Below are positions 29,469-40,838 of a stretch of DNA of 64,000 bases, one piece after another (the first letter of the stretch is position 1; each line of letters starts with the position of its first letter). The notes under the pieces were generated by a model. It did no database searches, was not told the DNA's origin, and was given only the letters and a program-made list of their open reading frames with translations. This DNA comes from Giardia intestinalis. Taxonomy: Eukaryota. The translations under genes and the position numbers were made by a program. The DNA is taken from NCBI GenBank assembly GCA_000002435.2, contig CM018791.1, one strand, 5' to 3'.

Positions 29469-32400
29469 ATGTACTACCTCACGCAAATAGTCAAGCCGTG
29501 CCCGTCCACTCTCTGCTCTCTGCGTGCACGTGCCAATAAAAACGCGATTATTTGGCTCTCGGTCTTCATAACTACGTCCGAGAATGACTCACAGACTCGC
29601 CAGGCCCAGGATCCGGCCAAATCTGAAACTGACCAACACTCTAAATACATTAGTGAGACGTCCCAGGCATCCACCAGCTGCGTAGGTATTCCAAGGCCAC
29701 AAGAATCTATGTTGTTAAATTCAAAATTTCACCGCATCACCGTAGGTTCTGCAAAGACGGAGCCTGTCAGCACAAAAGCTTCTAAAGAGATTGATACCAA
29801 TGTGCACATGCCAAGTTATTTATCCATTAGTACTGCTGAGCCGTCGAGCAATGGGACAACCACGACTATTCAGGAAGACTTAAATAGTCAAATAAGCACC
29901 ACGTGTGAACTCATTAAACTGCAAGATTACTCCCTCCCACATTACAAGAGCACTGTGCTGTTAGAGCGGTTGAACTTTATGGCTAATCCATCTGATAAGA
30001 CGCCGACCACCCCTACTACTCGAAAGATCATAGGCTGTCCCAGTACAGCAGAAAAGCTGCAGATTGCTATGAATGGACCTGATTTACCTGCAACTCCAAC
30101 ACTTGTTTCGAGGCGTGACGTTACGCACTTGGACCTGCAAGAGTCCCTCACACCAGAGGAGGAGTACTTCATCACTAATTGCGAGCTAAAGAAGCTTGAT
30201 TATATTATGACTACCATCAAGGACTACTTCCTGACTAAAGGAGCAACAACCCACCAGCAGTCTCAGACCTCTTTGACCCGGGACTATATCACCATGTCCT
30301 GCTACAACATAGAGCTGACGGCAAGCTACTACTATAAGCGGTTCTTTCTAACAGGAAGTGTTCATGACTACGATACGTTCTACATCCTCTTGGGGTGCGT
30401 CCTCCTTGCAGCAAAGGTATCTGGAGCTCCCAGGACATTCAACTGCACCAAACCATCGTTTTTTGCAAAGCTGTTTGCGAGTTCCACCAATCAAGGAACA
30501 GATCACTTCGAGAAAACCCTCAAAGAAACAGAGGAGTGGATATACATGCGACTTGGATACGACCTTTGCACAACAAGCCTGCTGGATCTCTTTGTCTCCG
30601 AAGGGTGCCAATTGTTTTTTGCCATTAACGACGATGGAAGTGACATCTCTCTAGCCTCTGACGACAGCTCAATGAAGAAGTCTACTGACGTCCTTGGCCC
30701 CAGCACACTGATGGGTAACGAGACACTCTCGCCAGCTGTCTATGGAGAGCTAGACATCAAAGGCAGTGATCAGCATCCTAAGTCTATTGAATCTTTTCAA
30801 GAAGGCCAGCAGAACTTAGGCCAGATTTGCGTTGCTGCAGATACCGACCTACGCGTATCTTCTCTCAACATAGTGCCCTCTAAAATCATCTGCAGCAATA
30901 GTGAAAGCAAGGAATGCAAGTCAAGCACATGCAAGGCTTCCTCTAAGAGTCCGATCTTCGAGTGTCACGGTAGACTTGAGTCTAGCTCTCCCAGCGCAGT
31001 TGCTTCCTCAGGACGGGAGTGCTCTCAGACAGGGGGGATCAGTCCTCGTAAGTGGCCTAAACTGGATACAAACTGCATACCGGTCAGTAGTGCGCTTTGT
31101 TCCCCATCCAAGCCGATCTCACCCCACATTAGTCGTCGACTTCACTGTCAGCAGGACAGGTGTTCTTCTTGCGCACTGGCACCTTCATCCTTCATAAATC
31201 CGTCATCTATGAATGTCACTAAAGACACTGTGGAACACAGCTTACTGTCCTCCACCATTGAAAAGGAATCAACCAGCAGCCGCAAAATACCTAACCAGCA
31301 GAGTCCCGTGCGTGCCAATCGCGCTAACATCATCTCAGATGCGAATATGAACATATCTGATTTAAATCTGAGCAACAGCATTGACAGTCAATTGAGTAGC
31401 TCTCTACTAGACCAAGCATATCTTTTCCCAACCTCTTTCTCGTTAAAGGGTGTCAAATTTGCTAAGCTTCTACACACCGGAAAACGATCCAAATCTGCCG
31501 GCGCTCTCCAGCTTCTAGAGCTTGGACACGGTCCGCAAAACAATAAACTTGTTCACACTCAGAACTTTTATGTGCGTCCCTTTGCAAAATCTGCTACTTC
31601 TTCACCTTCCAATGCATCAACTTTCACGTATGAGACCACGAACACACAGATGTCACCGACTTCTAAACAGAGCAACAAAGACCCTTCAGTTTCTATCTCG
31701 TCATCTTTCTCCACAGACTTCCTTCCATGGGACGGCAGTAAGTTCGAGGAAAACCTGTCTGGCACTATTAGAAACAAGCCTCTATTGAACATTTCTAATA
31801 AGGACAGATTGACTATAGCATCGTCACATACTAAGCCCATGCCGGATGATATGCTTGCACCTCACGTACTCCTGCACAAAGCCTATTCCAATCAGAAGAC
31901 GCACACCTTCCCGTGTGAAACAGCACTACTGGCCCCAGTTCAACTGCCTAGAGATTCTAATTTAACAGTCAAGCTTGCCAATTTTGCCAAGGAAGTCACT
32001 GCACATGATCCAGGTAAGTCTCTAGAGTGCAACGAGGTTCTTTGCAAAAGTCCATCCAAGAAGGCAAATGTTCAGCTGCAAAAGCTTTCTAAAAGAGCCT
32101 GCAGGAAGAAGGAAAGAGCCGCTTCGTTCTTGCCATGTCCTTCTGAAAGTCCCATGTCTACAGGAAAGATATTGCCAGACGGAAATATGCCGTCTCCACA
32201 AGCAATCCAGTATGTCCCTCCTGTTCAGCTAATGCAGAAGTGGGCCCCATCCAGATCAGCAAGTTTAAAGGTGCAGGACTCCAGCCGTTCCACAGTTCCC
32301 ATTTCTGCCGAACCACAACCCCTCCTGGAGCATGGCACTTACCATGATAGCTCTGCTGAGCATGGAACGGACTCGAACCCGGGCACTTCATTGTGCAAGA

Positions 32401-35048
32401 CGGCGTGCCCATCCCACTGTGCTACTCACATGGCTGGCGAAGATATACTTCTAGAGATCCCCACACCACGCATACAGTCTCATAATCATAATCGGGGCCC
32501 AGATAGTAACCAGACATCCACCGGAACAACGACTTGCCCCGTACACTTATTGCACTCTTCTGTCAGTCGACTCCTGAGGATAAGCAGCATGCTAATACCG
32601 GTTGATTATATGTTTGTTTCTGTGTCAACTCCAAAGCGCTGGACAAAGAAGCTTGTTGATACACGAAATGGTATAAGGACAGCATCGTATACCTGCAAGC
32701 GTTCATGTGTTAGTCCTGTCCATATTTCCTCTACGTTTAAAATATCCACCTCATCGAGCTTGGTCAGCTTTTTCATGTTACGACACCCCAACAAAACTAT
32801 TAATACTAAAATTATGGCTCGTTGTTCACAGGGCTTTTGGTGGAAGGTATTCAACAATTCAGTTTTTCTAGCAGTGCAACTTGAGAGCATATCCCCAATC
32901 TCGTACATAAAGAGGCTGGCTCAAACCAAGAAGAAAAGTGCTCAAGAAAAGGCCAAATCAAAGGCTAGCCGCACCAATGTAGCAAAAAGTTTACATGCTA
33001 AGGACCTGCTAATGGAGAGCCTCTCTAGTGACTGTCAATATGAGTATTCGGATATTATCTCGATAGAGCCAGACAGTGACACCTTTACCACGCTGACGTC
33101 AACCTCGCTTCACTTAGTCCACTCTGGCACTCAGCAACAGAATCTGAGCACTGATAAGCACACCCACCCACTAGAGCCACAGCACAGTGATATCAGCATT
33201 GATGCTCATCATACCATACCTTGCGGCAGAGCGTGTGATGCAAAGGATTGGTCGTCTGTTTCTGAACAGATGTATAAGCTGAGTCTCACCTCCTACCAAA
33301 ATGTGTCTTTTTCTGGTGAGGTTCATACACGCACTACCTCTTTCATTGGCTCAAACGTTTCATCACAGAATGAACTGGTGGACATACACTGTCAGCCCGA
33401 GGCCCTTCCATGCTACATCTCTCTGCAGTTCCAGCCCCAGAACCAGTGTCCACAGCCTATGCATACTAAGCTGCCGGGGGTTCCTTACCCGTCGGCGTTG
33501 CACAAGACATTAACTTTTCGCAACATCTCCACTGTCTCAGCTGTCTTACAGGACCAAAGTTTTTCTGATGATCACTATATCAAGAAGCTGATATCTTCCA
33601 AAGCAAAAACAAAGCTACAGGACCTTACCTCAATTGAGTTTTCGCTTGTTATGCAATACATTTTATCAACCCCGTCTATAATAGAATACCTTGTCGAGTC
33701 CTGCGGACTTGTAAAGTTTGAAAGGGTCTATAGCCTGGCCCACTCCACACTTCAGCATCAGATTTACAGTCTTACGTGCTTTGGATCTGTTGAGGAGAAA
33801 AAGCGTGCTTCACAGCTAACTCCTGACAACGTTTCCTTGCTTGCGTTCATTTTTGCGGCTTCATACGCATACTCTTTATGTTTCAGATATACAGACATGT
33901 TAATTTTATTCTCCAATGCCAGCATCTCTGTCTTTTTGATGGCAGAATCCCTTTTATTGCTATACAATAAAATTATTCCCTATGTGCTAATGTACACGGA
34001 GAGTATCTGCAAGAGAAACAACCCTCACATCGCACGCAGTGGCTCGTGCAGCCTATCTACTATGAGCCCAGCCAACCTACCTCTACGCCCAATTCCCAGC
34101 AATGTATCGTTTGTATCCAAATTAGACCAGGCACAGAGTAGTACCACCAAGTCCAAACTCTTACATGTATCATTCAGTGGTCCTCAATTGACAAAGCAAT
34201 CTACTAAGGATCTTGCCTCGGATTGTGGTCTCGATAGTGAGTCGCCTAACAACACGGCTTCATCTCTCTCTGCATCTTCTTCGTTGAAAGCATCAGACAA
34301 GCAAGTGCTTTCTGCTGAGGCGGTCCACAAGATTCTCTCAGCCAAAAGTGGGACCCCAATCCTCCGGGCGTCTCTATACAATTCCATCATTGGCTATCAG
34401 GAGCCCCAAAACACAGATATTCCTGTCTCCGACACCTTTATGTTTCGAATGGGCGGGCAGCAGTATTCCATGATTTCAGCCGAGGACGCCTCACAGAGAC
34501 TAGGGCCCCTTTCCACTCAAACCTCCTTTGATGGAAGCCGAAGCGTACTGAGTAGTAAGAAGGACACATCAGACGACCTATATAGCATCATGAAGGTGGC
34601 GTTCTTCATAATAGATACCTATCCTCATCACAAGAAGCTCCGGGCCCACCAGCAAAATCTTTCAACTACCATCTGTGACCTGAAGAAGAAACACTTTGGT
34701 TTTATGTACACTGCCCTTAAGCAGCCCGGGTCCTCAGAACCCATCTCCATCTCACAGTACATGACCGGAATTAACGATATTTTTGAGTTAATGTATGCAA
34801 AGGTTTTTCCCAGATTGAAATTTTGTCAATATTTTATTAAGCAACCGGGGACAGTTTTTCACGACATTCGGTATTGGCAGATGGTGCTGAAGCTGGACAT
34901 AGACAAAAAGCGATACCGTGAGCTGCGATCTATGTTGCCAAACGCTCCTAAAGAGCAGCAAATTAGCTTAAAGCAGCGGATGAATGACATTTTAGCAAAA
35001 TGGAACATTGCAGACGATAGCTACTGGGATGAATCCGACAGCTACTAG
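29469..35048 (+). CDS. Large protein, about 1859 aa, with an N-terminal cyclin-box fold (cyclin C/K-like) and a long low-complexity S/T-rich C-terminal region
   Basis: The cyclin box …YYKRFFLTGSVHDYDTFYILLGCVLLAAKVSGAPRTF…EWIYMRLGYDLCTTSLLDLF compares to cyclin C YFKRFYARYSL…CVFLASKVEE…EFYLLELMDCCL. The track start at 29097 is a GTG overlapping the upstream gene. The first plausible ATG is at 29469. Confidence 0.55.
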   Translation: MYYLTQIVKPCPSTLCSLRARANKNAIIWLSVFITTSENDSQTRQAQDPAKSETDQHSKYISETSQASTSCVGIPRPQESMLLNSKFHRITVGSAKTEPVSTKASKEIDTNVHMPSYLSISTAEPSSNGTTTTIQEDLNSQISTTCELIKLQDYSLPHYKSTVLLERLNFMANPSDKTPTTPTTRKIIGCPSTAEKLQIAMNGPDLPATPTLVSRRDVTHLDLQESLTPEEEYFITNCELKKLDYIMTTIKDYFLTKGATTHQQSQTSLTRDYITMSCYNIELTASYYYKRFFLTGSVHDYDTFYILLGCVLLAAKVSGAPRTFNCTKPSFFAKLFASSTNQGTDHFEKTLKETEEWIYMRLGYDLCTTSLLDLFVSEGCQLFFAINDDGSDISLASDDSSMKKSTDVLGPSTLMGNETLSPAVYGELDIKGSDQHPKSIESFQEGQQNLGQICVAADTDLRVSSLNIVPSKIICSNSESKECKSSTCKASSKSPIFECHGRLESSSPSAVASSGRECSQTGGISPRKWPKLDTNCIPVSSALCSPSKPISPHISRRLHCQQDRCSSCALAPSSFINPSSMNVTKDTVEHSLLSSTIEKESTSSRKIPNQQSPVRANRANIISDANMNISDLNLSNSIDSQLSSSLLDQAYLFPTSFSLKGVKFAKLLHTGKRSKSAGALQLLELGHGPQNNKLVHTQNFYVRPFAKSATSSPSNASTFTYETTNTQMSPTSKQSNKDPSVSISSSFSTDFLPWDGSKFEENLSGTIRNKPLLNISNKDRLTIASSHTKPMPDDMLAPHVLLHKAYSNQKTHTFPCETALLAPVQLPRDSNLTVKLANFAKEVTAHDPGKSLECNEVLCKSPSKKANVQLQKLSKRACRKKERAASFLPCPSESPMSTGKILPDGNMPSPQAIQYVPPVQLMQKWAPSRSASLKVQDSSRSTVPISAEPQPLLEHGTYHDSSAEHGTDSNPGTSLCKTACPSHCATHMAGEDILLEIPTPRIQSHNHNRGPDSNQTSTGTTTCPVHLLHSSVSRLLRISSMLIPVDYMFVSVSTPKRWTKKLVDTRNGIRTASYTCKRSCVSPVHISSTFKISTSSSLVSFFMLRHPNKTINTKIMARCSQGFWWKVFNNSVFLAVQLESISPISYIKRLAQTKKKSAQEKAKSKASRTNVAKSLHAKDLLMESLSSDCQYEYSDIISIEPDSDTFTTLTSTSLHLVHSGTQQQNLSTDKHTHPLEPQHSDISIDAHHTIPCGRACDAKDWSSVSEQMYKLSLTSYQNVSFSGEVHTRTTSFIGSNVSSQNELVDIHCQPEALPCYISLQFQPQNQCPQPMHTKLPGVPYPSALHKTLTFRNISTVSAVLQDQSFSDDHYIKKLISSKAKTKLQDLTSIEFSLVMQYILSTPSIIEYLVESCGLVKFERVYSLAHSTLQHQIYSLTCFGSVEEKKRASQLTPDNVSLLAFIFAASYAYSLCFRYTDMLILFSNASISVFLMAESLLLLYNKIIPYVLMYTESICKRNNPHIARSGSCSLSTMSPANLPLRPIPSNVSFVSKLDQAQSSTTKSKLLHVSFSGPQLTKQSTKDLASDCGLDSESPNNTASSLSASSSLKASDKQVLSAEAVHKILSAKSGTPILRASLYNSIIGYQEPQNTDIPVSDTFMFRMGGQQYSMISAEDASQRLGPLSTQTSFDGSRSVLSSKKDTSDDLYSIMKVAFFIIDTYPHHKKLRAHQQNLSTTICDLKKKHFGFMYTALKQPGSSEPISISQYMTGINDIFELMYAKVFPRLKFCQYFIKQPGTVFHDIRYWQMVLKLDIDKKRYRELRSMLPNAPKEQQISLKQRMNDILAKWNIADDSYWDESDSY

Positions 35049-35109
35049 TGCTGCTGTGCTTTCTTTGACAAAAATTTAAAAAATCCAAAAAGCTATAGAA
35101 CGCCGAGAA

Positions 35110-38100
35110 ATGCCAACCCTCTGGGAGGCGCCCCTTTTGGGTTTGGGGCGGCCACGGAGAGACGCGCCCATGCAACTTACCGATCTAGAGCCTATTCCAG
35201 GCAATGCAGTCTATTATCGCCGTCAGGCCACCAAAAATTCATTGGGGCAATCTGCGCCAGTACACACCTCAAATACAAAAGTCAGTCCGTACGTTTCATC
35301 GCGGCTAGCTCGGTCTACAAAGCCGGTTCTCGACCCCATGGATCGGGATTGGGATAGAAACCGTCCTCTGCAAGGGCCTGGAGGCCGGCTCCCTAAGCAT
35401 CTCTACTATCATTCTGACCCCACAGACCATCTTGCTCCTCGAATTACCACTTCTCGATTGGGCCGGTACCAGAATTTGGACACACTTAATAAGCTATGGA
35501 ACACATTTCACGTTCCAGAAGGCGAGAGAATCTATGCATATCGCCAGATACAGCGCAACAGGATCCTTGCGCAAGCGTACTATAAAAGACTCACGCTTCT
35601 TCTTAGCTATCGCCATCAGTATGATGAAGCGATGCTCAATCGGCGAGAGGTTCTACAGGATTTGTCTCGCTTTTTGACGAAGATGAAAGGAAGCAGGATA
35701 GACTTAACGTATTGCATTACGCGCTTGAGGTACCTGACTTTCAAGATTTCGTCCATTCTAAACTTGGCCCGGGTGATCTGCCGCAAACCGGTATCGTACC
35801 CTGATCTGACGCTGTCCGTTACCGATTTAGCGAACTGGAATCTTTACTTAAAGCAAGAGGCATTCTACACTCGTAATACGACTGCTATAATCTTCACTGT
35901 GCTGAAATTTTTTGGCCAACGGACCTTCCAGGAGGTGCAGAATATTGTTAATAAATATTTTGATAGATGCACAAGGGGAAGGAATTACCTGGAGAAGTGC
36001 TCTGTACTGCATGGCAATAGAGATCCTGACATAAGTTATTCCTGTGTCTCTAGGCGCTCACACTTGAATATCTCATGCATAGCTCCCGTCCATGTAGAGC
36101 AGCAAGAGCAGACAGACCAGGATTCGTCTGCCCGCATTTCTGAGGATGATGTAAGCCTGTACTTGCTACTAGGGCTGGATGCTGAGGCAATTTTCGACGG
36201 GGACAACCTGGCAGTGAAGTGGAACGAGTTTCTCTCGAAGCGTAATGGAGCATACTATTGGGAAGACGATCCACTGGAGATGCAGCGGTTTGGGAAGTTC
36301 GATTGGGTACCCCTACTAAAGCCACAAAATATTAGGGACATGGTCGTTCTAGAGCCGATGATTCAGGAGGACGTGACCAAGATGCTGAAGCTTTTAAAGG
36401 AGAACTCGGAAGTGCCTGTCACCATACCCCTCAGAAATGACGTTTCCCCGTTCGAAACGTACTTCCTGAGACCTTGTGGCAAAAAGCGCGTTCTTGCTAA
36501 GAAGAGTAGAGTAGATAAGAAGGTCTGCGAAAGACTTGCGCAGCCGAAGCACCCGGTAAAGAAGCGCTCTGTGTCGAAGAGCACCGCATCCAGTAAGGTA
36601 GAGAGAAGAAAAAAGCCGCAGGTAGTGACCCAAAACCGACCAGCTTCTCGTGCAGCAGGGGCCAGAACCCAAAAGATCATTAAGCCACCTCCACCGAGCA
36701 CAATGACAGATACGAGCCAGAATCTATCTGAAGATGTGTCTAAAAAGTCTCTTGCAGTTCTACCGGCAATTAACGCCCCAACAGAGGCCCTGCAGGTTAA
36801 CCTTGCAGGACCCACTGTCCAGCCACGCAGCCCTCTCCAGGAGCGCACCAAGCCAGATGCTCCCAGCATGCTTCAGATTATTGAAACGCTTATGAGTGTC
36901 TTGCCCCGATTGGAGTCGCCACGGAATCCCCAGTTATATGACCGGTTTATTTATTTACAAAAGCTAAGTAGTACCAGCGACAGAATGAAGATCAGCAACT
37001 CTAGAATAAAGCCTCTCGATATAAAGGGATGCCATCCCAATAATTCCTTCGATGGCCTGCTCAGCTCGAGACCTCCACTTTCTGGCCGGCACGTAAAGTC
37101 ATGCAGCACCATTCCCACCCTCTCGCAGCTCAATGTTACCATGATCAAAACACCTAAGGTAGGCTATGCTCTGCCAGCAGACCTGGAATCCCCAATTTCG
37201 TCTGGATACCCGGTATGCGCAGATAGGCTTTGGACTAAGTTGACTGAAGTTGCTCAGCAGCTTATGGGAACAGATGGTAATAGCCGTCTGTCGGAGCAAT
37301 TCAACACAGTGGGCTCAAAAAATGGGTCCAGCAGATCAATACTGATGGAGAGCGTTATTGATCTGCCTACCTCTTGCTGCTCTCCCGGGCGTAATTCCGA
37401 CGCTCCGAAAATTGTTAACATTGATATGACCCTAGGCACAGCCGAAGGCCCTGTAATATCAGCGCCGCCTTTGGAAGTATCACGGACAGAGAGCCCTGAT
37501 TTTGGTGCTTATAACAACTATAGTGCCATATCCATGACTGACCGCTCACCAGCGGCTGATGCCAACTGCGATGGTCCTGGTGCCGACCTCAATAGCAACA
37601 TGGTTGCCAGCTTACCAAATGAAGCCTCCACATTGTCCCCGCCTCGTGATGAGTACATAGCATCCGCAGCTCCTTGCTTAACCCCTGTTGTAGATCTGTC
37701 TATACCAAGCACACCTACGCAGGAGGTCATGGTTGCGCCTGTAACACCCAGCTCGCAATTATCTGACTCACCATTGTTAGATAATCCGCTGCCTCACTGT
37801 TTAACAGCAAGGGAGGTCGAGGCTTCAAGTCAGATTTTTATGACTGCAACGAGTGAGTCTACTCTCTGCGGAGGAGATGATGAGACTCCACTTCTCACTC
37901 ACCCAGTGCATCTTTCACAGTTGGATGCAACAATCCCGACTAGCGTGGACGAGCCCCAGCCCACGCCACTCGAGCTGTATGGTGTTCCGGTGATGAACTT
38001 CAACAAGATTGTGTACAGACTAAACGAGACTGCTGTTCGTAAGCAGCCAACCCTCATACAGTATCGAGAGAAATTTCGGTTTCTTCATACTGAAGATCGT

Positions 38101-38967
38101 AGCTCACCAGACTATGACTTTGTCGGTGGAGAGTTCGTCCCAGTTTCCAGGAAGCTCGATGGCGACACAAGCGAGAATGGGGATCTACTAGAATACAAAG
38201 AGCATTACTTTGACAAGCCGTTTCTTTTCAAAAAGTTCCGCAAATTAGAGAAGAAGCGGTGCCTCCTGCAGCAGGGTAAAGATGCAAAATTGCACACTAG
38301 ACCTCCGAAGCCCAAGAAAATGCAACCAATCAAAGTTAAGCCACGAATTCCTAGTGCACCAACGAAGAAGAATCTATCTGGCATTCCCTCAGCCTTTGCT
38401 GCCGTCACTAATAGGCGTCAAAGTGAACTGGCACCCACCGAGGAATCGGCTATCTTCAGTACTATACTTCAGACAATGGCTCTGCGCCAAGCTGAGGCGC
38501 CCCCAGAACACTCTGAGTCCGGAAATGCTGCCCAGACGGGTGACGAGCTACTCACCAAAACTTCAATCATCCAAAGACCAGATTTGCTGCTAGAATTGAG
38601 CGCTAGTGTTGTGAGTTCATCGTTCAGGCATTTAACAGAGGTGAGCGCCCTCAGCACACCATTCACTAACGCCTCGACGGAAATCCTTGCCCAAGAGCTT
38701 CGAAATCGCAGCCGACTCATGTACGAGCAAACCGCAAATCCCCATAAGCAGGAGACTAGCCAATTGGACACCGAATTGGACACCGCCAAGCTAGATGCGC
38801 TAACGGACAGATTTATCGGAAACTCCCTCAAAAGTTCCGCTCTACTGCTGTCTGCAAGCTCGAACTCCTCAGAAGCCATGTCCCAGTCACAAGGTATGTC
38901 TGCAAGACCTACACAAGAAAGTAACAGTTTAATGAGTACCGCAATCTTTCAGCCGGCTGCCAAGTAA
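35110..38967 (+). CDS. Hypothetical protein, 1285 aa, with a structured N-terminal half and an S/P/T-rich disordered C-terminal half
   Basis: ATG at 35110-35112. Single long ORF with no competing frame. Confidence 0.6.
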   Translation: MPTLWEAPLLGLGRPRRDAPMQLTDLEPIPGNAVYYRRQATKNSLGQSAPVHTSNTKVSPYVSSRLARSTKPVLDPMDRDWDRNRPLQGPGGRLPKHLYYHSDPTDHLAPRITTSRLGRYQNLDTLNKLWNTFHVPEGERIYAYRQIQRNRILAQAYYKRLTLLLSYRHQYDEAMLNRREVLQDLSRFLTKMKGSRIDLTYCITRLRYLTFKISSILNLARVICRKPVSYPDLTLSVTDLANWNLYLKQEAFYTRNTTAIIFTVLKFFGQRTFQEVQNIVNKYFDRCTRGRNYLEKCSVLHGNRDPDISYSCVSRRSHLNISCIAPVHVEQQEQTDQDSSARISEDDVSLYLLLGLDAEAIFDGDNLAVKWNEFLSKRNGAYYWEDDPLEMQRFGKFDWVPLLKPQNIRDMVVLEPMIQEDVTKMLKLLKENSEVPVTIPLRNDVSPFETYFLRPCGKKRVLAKKSRVDKKVCERLAQPKHPVKKRSVSKSTASSKVERRKKPQVVTQNRPASRAAGARTQKIIKPPPPSTMTDTSQNLSEDVSKKSLAVLPAINAPTEALQVNLAGPTVQPRSPLQERTKPDAPSMLQIIETLMSVLPRLESPRNPQLYDRFIYLQKLSSTSDRMKISNSRIKPLDIKGCHPNNSFDGLLSSRPPLSGRHVKSCSTIPTLSQLNVTMIKTPKVGYALPADLESPISSGYPVCADRLWTKLTEVAQQLMGTDGNSRLSEQFNTVGSKNGSSRSILMESVIDLPTSCCSPGRNSDAPKIVNIDMTLGTAEGPVISAPPLEVSRTESPDFGAYNNYSAISMTDRSPAADANCDGPGADLNSNMVASLPNEASTLSPPRDEYIASAAPCLTPVVDLSIPSTPTQEVMVAPVTPSSQLSDSPLLDNPLPHCLTAREVEASSQIFMTATSESTLCGGDDETPLLTHPVHLSQLDATIPTSVDEPQPTPLELYGVPVMNFNKIVYRLNETAVRKQPTLIQYREKFRFLHTEDRSSPDYDFVGGEFVPVSRKLDGDTSENGDLLEYKEHYFDKPFLFKKFRKLEKKRCLLQQGKDAKLHTRPPKPKKMQPIKVKPRIPSAPTKKNLSGIPSAFAAVTNRRQSELAPTEESAIFSTILQTMALRQAEAPPEHSESGNAAQTGDELLTKTSIIQRPDLLLELSASVVSSSFRHLTEVSALSTPFTNASTEILAQELRNRSRLMYEQTANPHKQETSQLDTELDTAKLDALTDRFIGNSLKSSALLLSASSNSSEAMSQSQGMSARPTQESNSLMSTAIFQPAAK

Positions 38968-39016
38968 ATTCGGTTTCAACAGCAATCCGAATATATTGCC
39001 ATGTTTCTAAAGCAGA

Positions 39017-40806
39017 TTAGCCGAGCCGGATAAGTAACTGCTTGATTTCCTGCTTGTTGGCGAAACCCTTGGTGATGTGTGGAAGATTGACGTTCATATC
39101 ATATACAACTAGACGGCCTTCGTGAGGAAGGAGCTGCTTGACAATGGACATGTTCCCTGCTCTACACGCTTCCATCAAAGCAGTGGACCCATAGTTAGTC
39201 ACTACTTTAGCCTCATAGGGTATTAGCCTATCTACAAGGTCTTTGTTTCCCACTTTGGCGGCGAAAAGTAAGGCTGTTTCACCGCGCTGCGTTTGGCGAG
39301 TGGCCTCATGGAGGAGGAGAGTCGCTGAAGTCGTTGACCCAGCAAGGATAGCCAACATCAGAGCGGTATATCCTTCAGCACTTTGAAGCCCAGACTCGTA
39401 TGGCCGGAGCACATCAACTATGTCTGACATTCCGTACAGAGCAGCGAGCATCATAGCCGACACATTGTACAGCTTCTTCGACTTGATTGGAAAGTTGCGA
39501 ACAGACGAGAAGACAGCTTCTCGCAGTCGTATAGTGGCCTCCCTTGGGGCCAGTAGCTCAACGTATGCACGCGCTTGTTTATCAACAGCCATGTGCAGCG
39601 CCGTTTCGCCATCTTTATTAATAAACTTGCATAGGTGCAAATTGGCCCTGATAGTCTCAACGGATGCACCAGATAGCACCATCAGCATTAGATTCGTGTT
39701 ATTGTTCTTATCAAAATAGCACTCCTTCTTAACCTGTCGTGTAATAGCCCTGGGCTGTTCTTCGGTGAATCCCGAGAGGAGAACAGGAGTGGATGAGGCG
39801 TTTTTCGCAGGAGCGGGAGCAGGGGCAGCCGGAGAGCGGGCAGGGCCAGGGTCCTTCGCAGCATTCCCCGGTTTAGAGGGTGCATTGACCTCATCGGTCT
39901 CAAACATCTTGTGCTTATTCTCTACAGGAGCATTTACGGCAGGCTTGGTCGGAGGAGCAATCGCACTTTCGGCGATAATGGCCTTTATCGGCGGGTAGCT
40001 AAGTAACTCATACACAGAAAGTCTATCGTCTTGCCGTATTATGAGGCACCACTCAATGAATTTCTTCAGCTCAGTACTGTACATGTCAGGCAAGGTAAAA
40101 GAGATGAACTCCATTGATGGCTGCCCAGAAGAAAAAAGGGTGTCAAAAGTAGGCACCTTGAGTGTGCAGAGCTCATAAACCACGCATCCAATTGACCAGA
40201 CATCCACCTTCTCCGTGTACTTTTGGCCCTTGATTATTTCGGGCGCCATGTAATGGTAGGTGCCCGCTAGTGTCACTGCCTTAGAAACAACTCCCAGTGG
40301 CCTCGAAATCCCAAAGTCGCATATCTTTATCATGGAGTCGCCGGTGAGCAGAATGTTGTCAGGCTTCAAATCACGATGAATGATGCACTTGAGTCTTGTG
40401 TCATTCGGCTTGTACCTGGAGTGGAGGTAAGAGACACCCTGGAGGATCTGTGCTGCGTAGAGCCAGATAGTCTTCTCTGGAAGGTGTTTCTGTGAGCGCC
40501 GACACTCCAGTATGAGGTCCTTCAGAGACCTCTCACAAAGCTCCATGGCTACGTACTGTTCACCAGCCGCTGCGTTTTGGAAGGTCTCGTAACACTTGAC
40601 CAAGTTGCGATGCTCTAATAGTGAGAAAAGCTCTGTCTCATTGCGCAAAACCTCTTGCGCATTTGACGACAGTGCGCTCAGGTCGATTATTTTAAGAGCC
40701 ATTATAACCCCGTCAGACTGCCTCCTTACCTTGTACACCTTCCCGAATGCCCCATTACCCAGCACGGCCAGCTGCTCATAGCCAGCGGGGACGCCCGGGG
40801 CGACCA
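39017..40806 (-). CDS. NEK family kinase (canonical catalytic motifs) fused to C-terminal ankyrin repeats
   Basis: Motifs present: GNGAFGKVYKV, ALKIID, IIHRDLKPDNILL, ICDFGISR, YMAPEII and DVWSIGCVVYEL. Ankyrin repeats GETALHMAVDK…, GYTALMLAILAG…, GETALLFAAKVGN…, GSTALMEACRAGN…. The first ATG (MVAPGV) is at 40804-40806. The track start at 40927 would overlap the neighbouring gene. Confidence 0.85.
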
Positions 40807-40838
40807 TTTTTATGATGATGTTTACTTTTAAATTGTGC

